Of a DNA stretch of 64,000 bases, positions 20,514 to 30,245 are shown one piece after another (positions within the stretch are counted from its first letter, which is position 1; each line of letters begins with the position of its first letter). The DNA is from Candidatus Kuenenia stuttgartensis (GTDB lineage Bacteria; Pseudomonadota; Alphaproteobacteria; SMXS01): the NCBI GenBank assembly GCA_943329845.2, contig CALQFM020000014.1, forward strand, positions 1,509-65,508. The letters run 5' to 3'. A program made the translations under genes and the position numbers. The notes beneath the pieces were generated by a model. The model was given only the letters and a program-made list of their open reading frames with translations, was not told the origin of the DNA and did no database searches.

Positions 20514-21350
20514 TTATCCCTGGAAGAAGGCGGCGTCCGCGAAGGCGAACAACTCGCTGTTGAAACGCTCCGCCGCCTCGAGGAACGGCGCGTGGCCGAT
20601 GCCTTCATAGACCGAAAGCCGGGCCTGCGGGAAGGTATCGGCGATGTGCCGGCCGGCGGCCAGCGGCATCAGCAGGTCCGCGTCGCCGTGGGGCACCAGC
20701 ACGGGAATGTGCGCCTCGCGGGCCAACGGCGTATTGTCGGCGGCCCGGTGCAGGATGTTGAATCGTGCGGCCGGCGGCACGACCGCCGCATAGCCCAGGC
20801 ACTCGTAGTACAGCGAATCCGGCAACGGCTCGTGGCTCAGGTTGCGGGCGAAGGCTTCCAGCGCCGGGATGTTCTTCTCCGGCTTGCTCGACACCAGCTT
20901 CGGGAAGATCGCGGCCACCTCGGGCGCCAGGATGCGCAGCGACTCCTCGCCGCCCAGCCACAGGCTGGTGCCGATCATGACCAGGCCGAACAGCCGGTCG
21001 GTCCCGTACTTGCGCAGATAGTCCGAGATCACGTAGCCGCCATAGGACCAGCCGGCGAGTACGGCCTTCTCGATGCCGAGTTCGTCGAGGACGACGGCGA
21101 CATCGTCGGCCCAGCGCTGCGACTCCAAATAGGCTTCCGGCGCCTCGGGCTTGTCCGAGCGGCCGTGGCCGCGCAGGTCGACGGCGATCAGCCGGAACGC
21201 CGCGCAGAGGTCCGCGTCGGCGAACTGGCGCTGCCAGGACAGGCTGTTCTGCAGGAAGCCGTGGATCAGCACGATGACGGGCAGGTGGCCGCCTGAATCC
21301 CGGTAGAACAGGCGGGTGCCGTCCTCGCTGGTGACCGTTCCCGTTTTCAT
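20514..21350 (-). CDS. Alpha/beta hydrolase (non-heme haloperoxidase-like)
   Basis: LIHGF, DLRGHGRS, GWSYG, HGDAD and GHAPF motifs. Confidence 0.9.
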   Translation of the reverse strand: MKTGTVTSEDGTRLFYRDSGGHLPVIVLIHGFLQNSLSWQRQFADADLCAAFRLIAVDLRGHGRSDKPEAPEAYLESQRWADDVAVVLDELGIEKAVLAGWSYGGYVISDYLRKYGTDRLFGLVMIGTSLWLGGEESLRILAPEVAAIFPKLVSSKPEKNIPALEAFARNLSHEPLPDSLYYECLGYAAVVPPAARFNILHRAADNTPLAREAHIPVLVPHGDADLLMPLAAGRHIADTFPQARLSVYEGIGHAPFLEAAERFNSELFAFADAAFFQG

Positions 21351-21465
21351 CTGCTGGCATCTCCCCTCAGGCCATTTGTATGGCGCGGCGGCGGACCCGT
21401 CCACCATGTTGCGTCCGATACCCTGCCACCCCATAATCCCTCTCCGCGGGTGGGAGGAGAAGTTC

Positions 21466-22329
21466 ATGGCAAAGCTTGTGGCGACAGGGCCCAACGCCGA
21501 CCAGATCGAATTCTGGAACGGCGAGGGCGGCGAGAAATTCGTCCGCTACCAGAATGCGCTCGACCTCATGCTGAAGCCGTTCGGGGACGAGGCCATGCGC
21601 CGCGCGGACGTCAAGGCCGGCGAGGCGGTGCTCGACATTGGCTGCGGCTGCGGCGATACGTCCATCGACCTGGCCATGGCGGTCGGTGTCACCGGCGAGG
21701 TCGTCGGCGTCGACATTTCCGAGCCCATGCTGGCGCGCGCCGAATATATGGCCGGCCAGACCGAGTTGACCAACGTGTTCTTCGAGCTGGCCGACGTGGA
21801 AGCCGGCCCCCTGCACCGCGACAGCTTCGACCTGGCGTTCTCGCGGTTCGGCGTGATGTTCTTCCGCAATCCGGTGACCGCGTTCAGCAACGTCCACGCG
21901 GCGCTGCGCAAGGGCGGCAGGCTGTCCTTCGCCTGCTGGCAGGCTCTGCCGCGCAACCAGTGGGTCTCGATCCAGCTGCAAGCCGTGTTGCCACTGGTGC
22001 CGCCGCCGCCCATGGGCCCGGAGGATCCCGGTCCGTTCTCGTTCGCCGACCGGGAGCGGCTGCGCGGCATCCTGTCGCAGGCGGGCTTCACCGACATCGC
22101 CATCGAGCCCTTCGATACCGAGGTGGCGCTGGGCGGCATGCTGGTGCTCGACGACGCCGTCGACTTCAGCCTGGAGATCGGCCCGGCGACGGCCTTGCTC
22201 AAGGGTGCTTCGGACGATGTTCGCGCCCAGGCGCGCGACGCGGTGCGCGCGGCGCTCCAGACCCATCAGACCAAGCGCGGCGTGATGCTGGCGGCCGGCG
22301 CCTGGATCGTCACCGCGACGAAGGGCTGA
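21466..22329 (+). CDS. Class I SAM-dependent methyltransferase
   Basis: VLDIGCGCG, GVDIS and SRFGVMFF motifs. Confidence 0.9.
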   Translation: MAKLVATGPNADQIEFWNGEGGEKFVRYQNALDLMLKPFGDEAMRRADVKAGEAVLDIGCGCGDTSIDLAMAVGVTGEVVGVDISEPMLARAEYMAGQTELTNVFFELADVEAGPLHRDSFDLAFSRFGVMFFRNPVTAFSNVHAALRKGGRLSFACWQALPRNQWVSIQLQAVLPLVPPPPMGPEDPGPFSFADRERLRGILSQAGFTDIAIEPFDTEVALGGMLVLDDAVDFSLEIGPATALLKGASDDVRAQARDAVRAALQTHQTKRGVMLAAGAWIVTATKG

Positions 22330-22346
22330 TCCCGGGAAAGTTGCGG

Positions 22347-23330
22347 TTACTGGGGCGCTGCCGGTGGCTTGGCTGTAGCCGTGGTACCCGGCGCAGGCGT
22401 CTGCTTCGCGGTTGTTCCCGGCGCCGCGGATGGGCCCGGCGCCGCGTCGGCCGCGGGGGCGGGCGGTTCGATCACCGGCGGCGGATTCTCCGGCACGTCG
22501 AAGCCGGGCACCAGTTCGTGCAGTGTCGTTGGCGGCGTGTCGCGCTGGCCGGAGAATCGCGTGGTGGTGTGCGGCGCCAGGGCTCGTACCGGCGCGGCGA
22601 ACGTCCAGCGATCAATGGGCTTGCCGTCCTTGTCCAGCATGTTGAAGGCCAGCGGCGGCACCGCCTGCTCGTGGTCGGCGGGATTGACGATCAGGCCCTT
22701 GACCAGCAGCCGCCGGATGCTGTCGATCTCCTCGATGGAGGATTCCACCTCCTCGAAGGTCAGGGTCAGCGGCTGCGGCGCCACCACGGCGGGCGCGGGC
22801 GCGGCGGCACCGGGCGCCACAGCCGGCGGCTTCGGCGCTGGCGTCGAGACGAGCTGGATGCCGGTCAGCTCCTGCACTTCCTGCTTGAAGACGACCAGCG
22901 CACCGATCGCCAGGATCACCAGCACGATAAGGGCGATGGCCCATTTGCGGCCCGAGCCCGACGGCTCCTCATCGGCAGACGACTGGCGGTGGAACTGGGC
23001 GAAGTTGTCGGGCGGCAGGGTGCTGGCCACCGCGGCGGCCTCCGCAGGCGCGACCGTGCCGGCGGCCTCGATCGGCGCCTGGATGGCGTCCTCGACCGGA
23101 TCGGCGGGTGTGATCGGCGGCACCGGCTCGGCAGGCGCCGCGGGCGACCACGCGGGTGCGGGCGGCACCGGCATCTGTTCCTCGGTGGTCAGCACAAGCG
23201 GTTCCGGTTCCTCGGGAGCCTGGTGCCAGACGGTGCCGCATTTCGCGCATCGGACCTTCTGGCCGCCCGGCTTGATCTTGTCCTGAGGCAGCGAATAGCG
23301 CGTCGAACAGTTGGGGCACGTGATGATCAT
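22347..23330 (-). CDS. MJ0042-type zinc-ribbon / DUF3426-like membrane protein
   Basis: MIITCPNC...VRCAKC, Pro/Ala-rich linker and a single TM helix. Confidence 0.85.
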   Translation of the reverse strand: MIITCPNCSTRYSLPQDKIKPGGQKVRCAKCGTVWHQAPEEPEPLVLTTEEQMPVPPAPAWSPAAPAEPVPPITPADPVEDAIQAPIEAAGTVAPAEAAAVASTLPPDNFAQFHRQSSADEEPSGSGRKWAIALIVLVILAIGALVVFKQEVQELTGIQLVSTPAPKPPAVAPGAAAPAPAVVAPQPLTLTFEEVESSIEEIDSIRRLLVKGLIVNPADHEQAVPPLAFNMLDKDGKPIDRWTFAAPVRALAPHTTTRFSGQRDTPPTTLHELVPGFDVPENPPPVIEPPAPAADAAPGPSAAPGTTAKQTPAPGTTATAKPPAAPQ

Positions 23331-23482
23331 GGGAGGCGTTGCGACCTGACGAACGGTTGTATAGTGAGAGACAGGTAAGGCTCGCCGGCGTCCCGAATAG
23401 CGCTGGGTGTTTCGGCGTAAGCTGTTCCACCCCCGTCTACTTTGCTGAGACAGTCCAAAGCCGATACGTTAGGGTGTCATGC

Positions 23483-24226
23483 ATGATCCGCTTTGACAAC
23501 GTTGGAATGCGCTATGGTTCGGGCGACGAGGTTCTGCGCGACGTCAGCTTCGAACTCCTGCGCGGCTCGTTCCACTTCCTGACCGGCCGCAGCGGCGCCG
23601 GCAAATCGTCGCTGCTCAAGCTGATGTACCTGTCGGAGCGGCCGTCGCGCGGGCTGATCTCCATGATGGGCGTCGATATCGTCACCGCCAAGCGCAAGGC
23701 GCTGCCGCGCCTGCGCCGCAACATCGGCGTGGTGTTCCAGGATTACCGGCTGCTCGACCACCTGTCGGCCTACGACAACGTGGCGCTGCCGCTGCGCATC
23801 GGCGGCGCGACGAGGGCCGAGGTGCGCGACTATGTCGAGGAGTTGCTGGTCTGGGTCGGTCTCAAGGACCGCATGAAGTCGCTGCCGTCGACCCTGTCGG
23901 GCGGCGAGAAGCAGCGCGTCGCCATCGCCCGTGCCGTGATCAACCGGCCCACCGTGCTGCTCGCCGACGAGCCCACCGGCAACGTGGACGACGAGATGGC
24001 CGCGCGCCTGCTGCGGCTGTTCATCGAACTGAACCGGCTGGGCACCACCACGGTGATCGCCACCCACGATATGGGGTTGGTCGACAGCATCGAGGTGCCG
24101 AGACTTCATCTGGAGGCCGGAAAGCTGGTACAACTGCCGCCGGGCATCGACCCGCCGAACGATCTGCCGAATGCGCTGCGACTGCCCGAGGCGTTCCCTC
24201 AGGCGGTCGGCCTCGCCCGCGACTGA
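23483..24226 (+). CDS. ftsE: Cell division ATP-binding protein FtsE
   Basis: GRSGAGKS, GVVFQDYRLL, LSGGEKQRVAIARA and DEPTGN; directly upstream of ftsX. Confidence 0.93.
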   Translation: MIRFDNVGMRYGSGDEVLRDVSFELLRGSFHFLTGRSGAGKSSLLKLMYLSERPSRGLISMMGVDIVTAKRKALPRLRRNIGVVFQDYRLLDHLSAYDNVALPLRIGGATRAEVRDYVEELLVWVGLKDRMKSLPSTLSGGEKQRVAIARAVINRPTVLLADEPTGNVDDEMAARLLRLFIELNRLGTTTVIATHDMGLVDSIEVPRLHLEAGKLVQLPPGIDPPNDLPNALRLPEAFPQAVGLARD

Positions 24227-24247
24227 ACCGCCGACACGACCGACACA

Positions 24248-25123
24248 ATGCTGCGACAGATACGCTTCCTGCCATCAGAGAACATCCACGGGCGTCTGCT
24301 GCCGTGGGTGATCGCCGTCATGGTGTTCCTCGCCGGGCTCGCCATGCTCATTGCGCTCGGCCTGCAGATGACCGCGCGTACCTGGCATCAGGGACTGGCG
24401 CAGAGCCTGACCGTGCAGGTGATCAACGCCGACAAGGCGGCGCGCGACCGGGAAGTGGCCGCGGCGCTGGCCGAGCTGCACAAAACCCCGGGTATCGCCG
24501 CGGCGGCCGAGGAGACCAGCGATCAGGTCGTCGCCCTGCTGGAGCCTTGGCTGGGCAAGGGGAATGTGGGACCCGACCTGCCGATCCCGGCGCTGATCGA
24601 CGTGAAGCTGGCCGATGGCCCGCCGGTCGACGTGACCGCACTGGGCGCGGCGCTTGCCAAGGTCGCGCCCAGCGCCCGGGTCGACGCGCATGAACGCTGG
24701 CTCGCCGACCTGCTGGTGCTGATGCGCATTGTGCAATGGATCGGCGGCGTGATCGTCGGCCTCGTCGGGCTGGCCACGGTTGCCATCATCATCTTTGCCA
24801 CCCGAGCCGGGCTGGCGACGCACCGCGAGACGGTCGAGATCGTCCACATGATGGGCGCGAAGGACAGTACCATCGCCGGCGCGTTCCAGTGGCGTTTCCT
24901 TTGGGTGGGCGTCAAGGGCGCCATCATCGGCCTGGCTGCGCTCGCCGCCGGCATAGGGGTCGTGCACGTCATCAACCAGCGGCTGGAGGGCGCATTGCTG
25001 CCCCAGCTCCTGCCGCCGCCCGAGGTGCTGGCCAGCCTGCTCGTCCTGCCCGTGGTCGCCGGCCTCCTCACCATGTTGACAGCCCGGTTCGCGGTGATGC
25101 GCGCGCTGGCCGACATGAACTGA
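24248..25123 (+). CDS. ftsX: Cell division permease FtsX
   Basis: TM1, periplasmic loop and three C-terminal TMs; MGAKDSTIA motif; follows ftsE. Confidence 0.88.
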   Translation: MLRQIRFLPSENIHGRLLPWVIAVMVFLAGLAMLIALGLQMTARTWHQGLAQSLTVQVINADKAARDREVAAALAELHKTPGIAAAAEETSDQVVALLEPWLGKGNVGPDLPIPALIDVKLADGPPVDVTALGAALAKVAPSARVDAHERWLADLLVLMRIVQWIGGVIVGLVGLATVAIIIFATRAGLATHRETVEIVHMMGAKDSTIAGAFQWRFLWVGVKGAIIGLAALAAGIGVVHVINQRLEGALLPQLLPPPEVLASLLVLPVVAGLLTMLTARFAVMRALADMN

Positions 25124-25125
25124 GC

Positions 25126-25734
25126 ATGCGCAGATTCGTCATTTTCGTCCTGTTGGTCGCCGCGGTCTGGCTGATCGGCTTCGTCGGCTTCGTCGCCAGC
25201 ATCCCGGACAAGCCCCCGGTGAACCTGCGCGCGACCGACGGCATCGTCGTGCTCACCGGCAGCAGGTCGCGGCTCGACGAGGCCTTCGCGCTGCTTGCTG
25301 CCGGTCACAGCGGCCGGCTGCTGATCTCGGGCGTCAACGCCCGGACCAACGATCCTGACCTCAAGGAAGTCCTGGACCTGAGGGGCCAGACCGACGCCGA
25401 GCTGTTCGACTGTTGCATCGACGTGGGACGCCAGGCGCTGGACACGGTCGGCAACGCCCAGGAGATCGCCGCCTGGGCACGCCAGCACCGCTACCATTCG
25501 CTCCGGGTGGTGACGTCGGACTTCCACATCAGGCGGAGCCTGCTGGAGATCAGGCGCTACGCGCCCGGTCTGGTGCTGGTGCCGCACCCGGTGTTCAGCG
25601 AGCGAATCCGGCCGGGGCTGTGGTGGCGCGACGTCCGGTCGGCCCGCACCCTGTCCTACGAGTTCAACAAGCTGCTGGTCGTGTGGTTCAAGGTCAACGT
25701 CTACGACCGGTTCGCCGGGGAGCCTGCGTCATGA
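25126..25734 (+). CDS. YdcF/DUF218 family protein
   Basis: IVVLTG, DTVGNA and VVTSDFHIRRS motifs. Confidence 0.85.
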   Translation: MRRFVIFVLLVAAVWLIGFVGFVASIPDKPPVNLRATDGIVVLTGSRSRLDEAFALLAAGHSGRLLISGVNARTNDPDLKEVLDLRGQTDAELFDCCIDVGRQALDTVGNAQEIAAWARQHRYHSLRVVTSDFHIRRSLLEIRRYAPGLVLVPHPVFSERIRPGLWWRDVRSARTLSYEFNKLLVVWFKVNVYDRFAGEPAS

Positions 25735-26453
25735 GCCTGCTGCGCTCGCTGGCATTCAACCTGCTGTTCTGGCTCTGGACGACGGTCGCGGTGCTGGGCA
25801 TGTCGCCGATGTTGCTGGGGCCGCCGAGCTGGTCGTCGAGGGCGCAATTCATCTGGGCGGCCGGCACGGAGCTTCTGGCCCGCTACATTCTCGGCATTCG
25901 CTTCCGGGTGCGCGGGCGCGAGAACATCCCTGACGGTGCGGTCATCGTCGCCTGCAAGCACCATTCGGCCTATGAGACCATCGTCATGAGCCTGATGCTG
26001 CGCAACCCGGCGGTGGTGATGAAGCGCGAGTTGCTCTCCATCCCGATCTACGGCTGGTACAGCCTGCGCATGGGCATGATCCCCGTCGACCGGTCGGCTT
26101 CGTCCCTGGCCATGCGCCAGATGCTGCGCGCCGCCGAGCGGGCGGCCGCGGAGAACCGGGCGATCGTGATCTTTCCCGAGGGCACGCGCACCGCGCCGGG
26201 CGCCGCGCCCCATTACCTGCCGGGCGTGGCCGGCCTGTATCGCCACCTGAACCTGCCGGTGGTGCCCGTGGCGCTCGATTCCGGCCTGCTGTGGGGCCGG
26301 AACGCCTTCACCAAGCGTCCGGGCACGGTGACGTTTCAGTACCTGCCGCCGATCATGCCCGGCCTCGACCGCCGCACCTTCATCGCCGAACTGGAGGAAC
26401 GCATCGAATCCGCGACGGCGGCGCTGCTGGCCGAATCCGGTTTCGGTGGATAA
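25731..26453 (+). CDS. plsC: 1-acyl-sn-glycerol-3-phosphate acyltransferase
   Basis: KHHSAYET (HX4E variant) and IFPEGTR motifs. Confidence 0.85.
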   Translation: MSLLRSLAFNLLFWLWTTVAVLGMSPMLLGPPSWSSRAQFIWAAGTELLARYILGIRFRVRGRENIPDGAVIVACKHHSAYETIVMSLMLRNPAVVMKRELLSIPIYGWYSLRMGMIPVDRSASSLAMRQMLRAAERAAAENRAIVIFPEGTRTAPGAAPHYLPGVAGLYRHLNLPVVPVALDSGLLWGRNAFTKRPGTVTFQYLPPIMPGLDRRTFIAELEERIESATAALLAESGFGG

Positions 26454-26605
26454 GTGGATGAACGATCCCGTGAATCACGGGGATAAGTCCGCAGGCCGTT
26501 GACCGCGCGAGGCTTTCGGCGGTGGCCCCGAAACATAACAGGAACGAAGGTTGCCGCGCCGGGGATTCCGGCCTATCATCCCCGGCCCAACCGATGGACC
26601 TGCAG

Positions 26606-28918
26606 ATGAGCGCGACGGCACCGATCTCGACCCAGATCTGGGACATGAAGTACCGGCTGAAGGCCGCGGACGGCACGCCCGTCGACAAATCCGTCGACGA
26701 CACCTGGCGACGCATCGCCCGCGCGCTGGCCGAGCCGGAGCCATCGGAACAGCGCGACCACTGGGAAGCCCGCTTTCACGAGGCGCTCGACGGCTTCAAA
26801 TTCCTGCCCGCCGGCCGCATCGTCGCCGGCGCCGGCAGCGCGCGCGACGTCACCCTGTTCAACTGCTTCGTCATGGGTACCATCCCCGACGACATGAGCG
26901 GCATCTTCGACAATCTGCGCGAAGCCGCGCTGACCATGCAGAAGGGCGGCGGCATCGGCTACGACTTCTCCACGCTGCGGCCCAAGGGCGCGCGGGTGAA
27001 GGGCGTCGGCGCCGACGCGTCGGGCCCGCTGCCGTTCATGGATGTGTGGGACGCCATGTGCCGCACGATCATGAGCGCGGGCCACCGGCGCGGCGCCATG
27101 ATGGCCACCATGCGCTGCGATCACCCGGACATCGAGGCGTTCATCGCCGCCAAGCAGGATCCCGGCCGCCTGCGGATGTTCAACATGTCGGTGCTGGTGA
27201 CCGACGCATTCATCGAGGCGGTGAAGAGCGACGGCACCTGGGACCTGGTGTTCGACGGCGCCGTCCACAAGACCATGGCCGCGCGCGAGCTGTGGGACTC
27301 GATCATGCGGGCGACCTTCGCCTATGCCGAGCCTGGCGTGATCTTCATCGACCGTATTAACGCATTGAATAACCTATATTATTGCGAAACCATTTCCTCG
27401 ACCAACCCCTGTGGAGAGCAGCCCCTCCCCCCCTACGGCGCGTGCCTGCTCGGGTCCATCAACCTGGCGATGCTGGTGAAGGAGCCGTTCACGGCGGATG
27501 CGACCGTGGACCTGGACGCGCTCGACGACCTGGTCACCACCGCCGTGCGGATGATGGACAACGTGGTCGACACCTCCCGCTTCCCGCTGGAGCAGCAGGC
27601 GCATGAGGCGCTGGCCAAGCGGCGTATCGGGCTTGGCGTCACCGGCCTGGCCGACGCGCTGATCATGTGCCGCACGCGCTACGGCTCGGCGGCGGCCGTC
27701 GAACTGACCGAAGTCTGGATGCGCCGTATCCAGCGGGCCGCCTATCTGGCGTCGGCGGCGCTGGCTGCCGAGAAGGGCGCGTTCCCGCTGTTCGACGCCG
27801 ACAAATACCTGGCCGGCGCCACCATTTCCGCGCTCGACGAGGACGTGAAGGCGGCGATCCGCGAGCACGGCATCCGCAACGCGCTGCTCACCTCGGTCGC
27901 GCCCACGGGCACCATCTCGCTGTTCGCCGACAACGTCTCGTCGGGGCTGGAACCGGTGTTCAGCTTCACCTACACCCGCAAGGTGCTGATGCCGGACGGC
28001 TCGCGCAAGGAGGAGACGGTCTCCGACTACGCCTACCGGCAGTACATCCGCCAGTTCGGCGACAAGGCGGCGCTGCCCGACTATTTCGTCACCGCCCAGA
28101 CCCTGACGCCGGACGACCATGTCCGCATGCAGGCGGCGGTGCAGAAATATGTCGACAGCTCGATCTCGAAAACCATCAACGTCCCCGAGGACATCTCGTT
28201 CGACGACTTCAAGGGCGTCTACATGCAGGCCTGGGAGCTGGGCTGCAAGGGCTGCACCACCTACCGGCCCAACGACGTCACCGGCTCGGTGCTGGAGACC
28301 ACCAAGGCCGACGCCGACGAGCCGCAGCTGCCACTCGATGCGCCCAAGCCGCGCCACGCCGACGAGTACGAGGCGGGCGGCGTGGTCTACATGACGCGGC
28401 CGCTCGACCGGCCCGAGGCGCTGCCCGGCAAGACCTACAAGATCAAGTGGCCCGACAGCGACCACGCCATGTACATCACCCTCAACGATGTGATCCAGGA
28501 TGGAAGGCGCCGGCCCTTCGAGATATTCATCAATTCGAAGAACATGGAGCACTACGCCTGGACCCTGGGCCTCACCCGGATGATCAGCGCCGTATTCCGG
28601 CGCGGCGGCGACGTGTCGTTCGTGGTCGAGGAGCTGAAGGCCGTGTTCGACCCGCGCGGCGGCCACTGGGTGAAGGGCCACTATGTGCCCTCGCTGCTCG
28701 CCGCCATCGGCGAGGTCATCGAGCAGCACCTGATCGATATCGGCTTCATCAAGAAGGAACAGGACTTCAGCACCAAGGCCGAGCGCATGAAGCTCGCCGT
28801 GGGTGACAATGGCGACCTGCCCAACATGCGCTCATGCCCCAAATGCGGCGCGCCCACCCTGATCCGCCAGGAAGGCTGCGACACCTGCATATCCTGCGGC
28901 CACTCGAAGTGCGGCTAG
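26606..28918 (+). CDS. nrdJ: Class II (adenosylcobalamin-dependent) ribonucleotide reductase
   Basis: FLPAGR, LFNCFV, GGGIG, TNPCGEQ, APTGT, KGCTTYR and C-terminal CPKC...CxxC. Single uninterrupted ORF. Confidence 0.96.
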   Translation: MSATAPISTQIWDMKYRLKAADGTPVDKSVDDTWRRIARALAEPEPSEQRDHWEARFHEALDGFKFLPAGRIVAGAGSARDVTLFNCFVMGTIPDDMSGIFDNLREAALTMQKGGGIGYDFSTLRPKGARVKGVGADASGPLPFMDVWDAMCRTIMSAGHRRGAMMATMRCDHPDIEAFIAAKQDPGRLRMFNMSVLVTDAFIEAVKSDGTWDLVFDGAVHKTMAARELWDSIMRATFAYAEPGVIFIDRINALNNLYYCETISSTNPCGEQPLPPYGACLLGSINLAMLVKEPFTADATVDLDALDDLVTTAVRMMDNVVDTSRFPLEQQAHEALAKRRIGLGVTGLADALIMCRTRYGSAAAVELTEVWMRRIQRAAYLASAALAAEKGAFPLFDADKYLAGATISALDEDVKAAIREHGIRNALLTSVAPTGTISLFADNVSSGLEPVFSFTYTRKVLMPDGSRKEETVSDYAYRQYIRQFGDKAALPDYFVTAQTLTPDDHVRMQAAVQKYVDSSISKTINVPEDISFDDFKGVYMQAWELGCKGCTTYRPNDVTGSVLETTKADADEPQLPLDAPKPRHADEYEAGGVVYMTRPLDRPEALPGKTYKIKWPDSDHAMYITLNDVIQDGRRRPFEIFINSKNMEHYAWTLGLTRMISAVFRRGGDVSFVVEELKAVFDPRGGHWVKGHYVPSLLAAIGEVIEQHLIDIGFIKKEQDFSTKAERMKLAVGDNGDLPNMRSCPKCGAPTLIRQEGCDTCISCGHSKCG

Positions 28919-29448
28919 GCTGAGGGCTCACCCAGCAGCCGCCAAACCTCATGCAGCGGGCCGTCCTTGATGCCCATTTCGTCCAGGTGGGCGACGGTGC
29001 TCGCCAGGTAGTCGATGTTTATGCCGGATTCGCCGCGGGCGCCGTCGATCTGGCGGGCCTGCTCCTCCACCGACAGCTTGCCGGCATATTGCGGATGGCC
29101 GCGGTCGACCACATAGGCGCGCGCCGTCACCATGCGGCCGGGCAGGCGCACCAGATGCCGGATCGGCCGGTAGACGGCGGTCACCATCTCGCGCTCATCC
29201 AGATACGCGATGACCGCTTCGGCGTTCTCCGGCGCGACACGGTAGGCACGCCCGAGGCACGAGCCGCCCAGGTCGAGCCCCAGCACCAGGCCCGGCCGCT
29301 GCCGGGTGCCACGGTGGTGCCAGGAATAGACGCAGAACGACCGATGGAAACCGTACAGCCTGGCCGGCTCGGCCTCGAGATAGTCGAATCCGGGCCGCCA
29401 CATCAGCGAGCCGTAGCCGAATACCCACAGATCGTCCTGTTCCGTCAT
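28915..29448 (-). CDS. chaC: ChaC-family gamma-glutamylcyclotransferase
   Basis: WVFGYGSLMW, HRGT...PGLVLGL and YLDEREM motifs. Confidence 0.9.
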   Translation of the reverse strand: MTEQDDLWVFGYGSLMWRPGFDYLEAEPARLYGFHRSFCVYSWHHRGTRQRPGLVLGLDLGGSCLGRAYRVAPENAEAVIAYLDEREMVTAVYRPIRHLVRLPGRMVTARAYVVDRGHPQYAGKLSVEEQARQIDGARGESGINIDYLASTVAHLDEMGIKDGPLHEVWRLLGEPSA

Positions 29449-29515
29449 GGTCTTCTGTTGCTCTTGCCGGGCCGCCATCCTACGTAGACGCAGAGGCAAA
29501 GGGAAAGCGCTGTCC

Positions 29516-30223
29516 ATGATCAACCGGTATCTGGCCCTATTCGGCGGTCTGGGCATCCTGTTCGGCGTCTACACCATCTGGTGGCAGAACGAAGCCGACC
29601 GTCTGGAGACCGCGTTTCCGCAGGCGCTCGCCCGGTCGCTCCCGCCTGGAACGGCACTGCGCCAGAGGGTAGCCGCCGTCGACGGCTTCCTGTTCCGGCT
29701 CAACGTCCAGATCGTCGACGTAAAGGTCAGCTGGGGCGGCGACTGGGTATCGACACCGTCGCTGACCGGCATCTTCCAGCCGTTCACCGGCGACCACCTG
29801 ATGCTCCACGGGGACGCACCGTTCGCCTTCAGTATCGAGGGCGCCACCGGCACCCTGAGCGCCGAGCGCGCACTGGGCAGCCTCGTCGGCTACGAGGGCG
29901 GCCAGTACCAGCTCGACGTCGATATGATGAACGTTGCGCTGGAGCAGCCGGCGGTCGCCCGGCTGAGGGCGTCGCGGCTCGGGCTTCACATCCGCCGCGA
30001 GGAAGTCGGGCCACCGGCCAAATACGCCTTCGCGGTCTCGGCCAAGGGCATCACGCCCAAGGAAGCAGCCACCGGGCGTCTCGCCGCCTATCTGACCCAG
30101 TTCGGCCAGGTGCAGAAGGACGGCACGGTCAACCTGGACGTGGACGAGAAGGACAACGTCGCCCATGCCGCGGGCCGGACCCTCACGCCTGACGCCACGG
30201 AAGCGCTGAAGCGGGAATTCTAG
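29516..30223 (+). CDS. DUF2125-like protein
   Basis: N-terminal TM then GFLFRL (GFPFR-like); divergent from chaC as usual in alphaproteobacteria. Confidence 0.65.
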   Translation: MINRYLALFGGLGILFGVYTIWWQNEADRLETAFPQALARSLPPGTALRQRVAAVDGFLFRLNVQIVDVKVSWGGDWVSTPSLTGIFQPFTGDHLMLHGDAPFAFSIEGATGTLSAERALGSLVGYEGGQYQLDVDMMNVALEQPAVARLRASRLGLHIRREEVGPPAKYAFAVSAKGITPKEAATGRLAAYLTQFGQVQKDGTVNLDVDEKDNVAHAAGRTLTPDATEALKREF

Positions 30224-30245
30224 GGTCACCGGGCACAGTCGCCGG

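Noticed and set aside
27371-27386. NrdR-box-like AACCTATATTATTGCG inside nrdJ
   Set aside because: It is an imperfect match about 770 bp into the gene, single-copy, and explained by the AT-rich patch.
26606-28918. Intein, intron or nrdJa/nrdJb split
   Set aside because: The ORF is continuous and of normal length, with no insertion at NPCGEQ.
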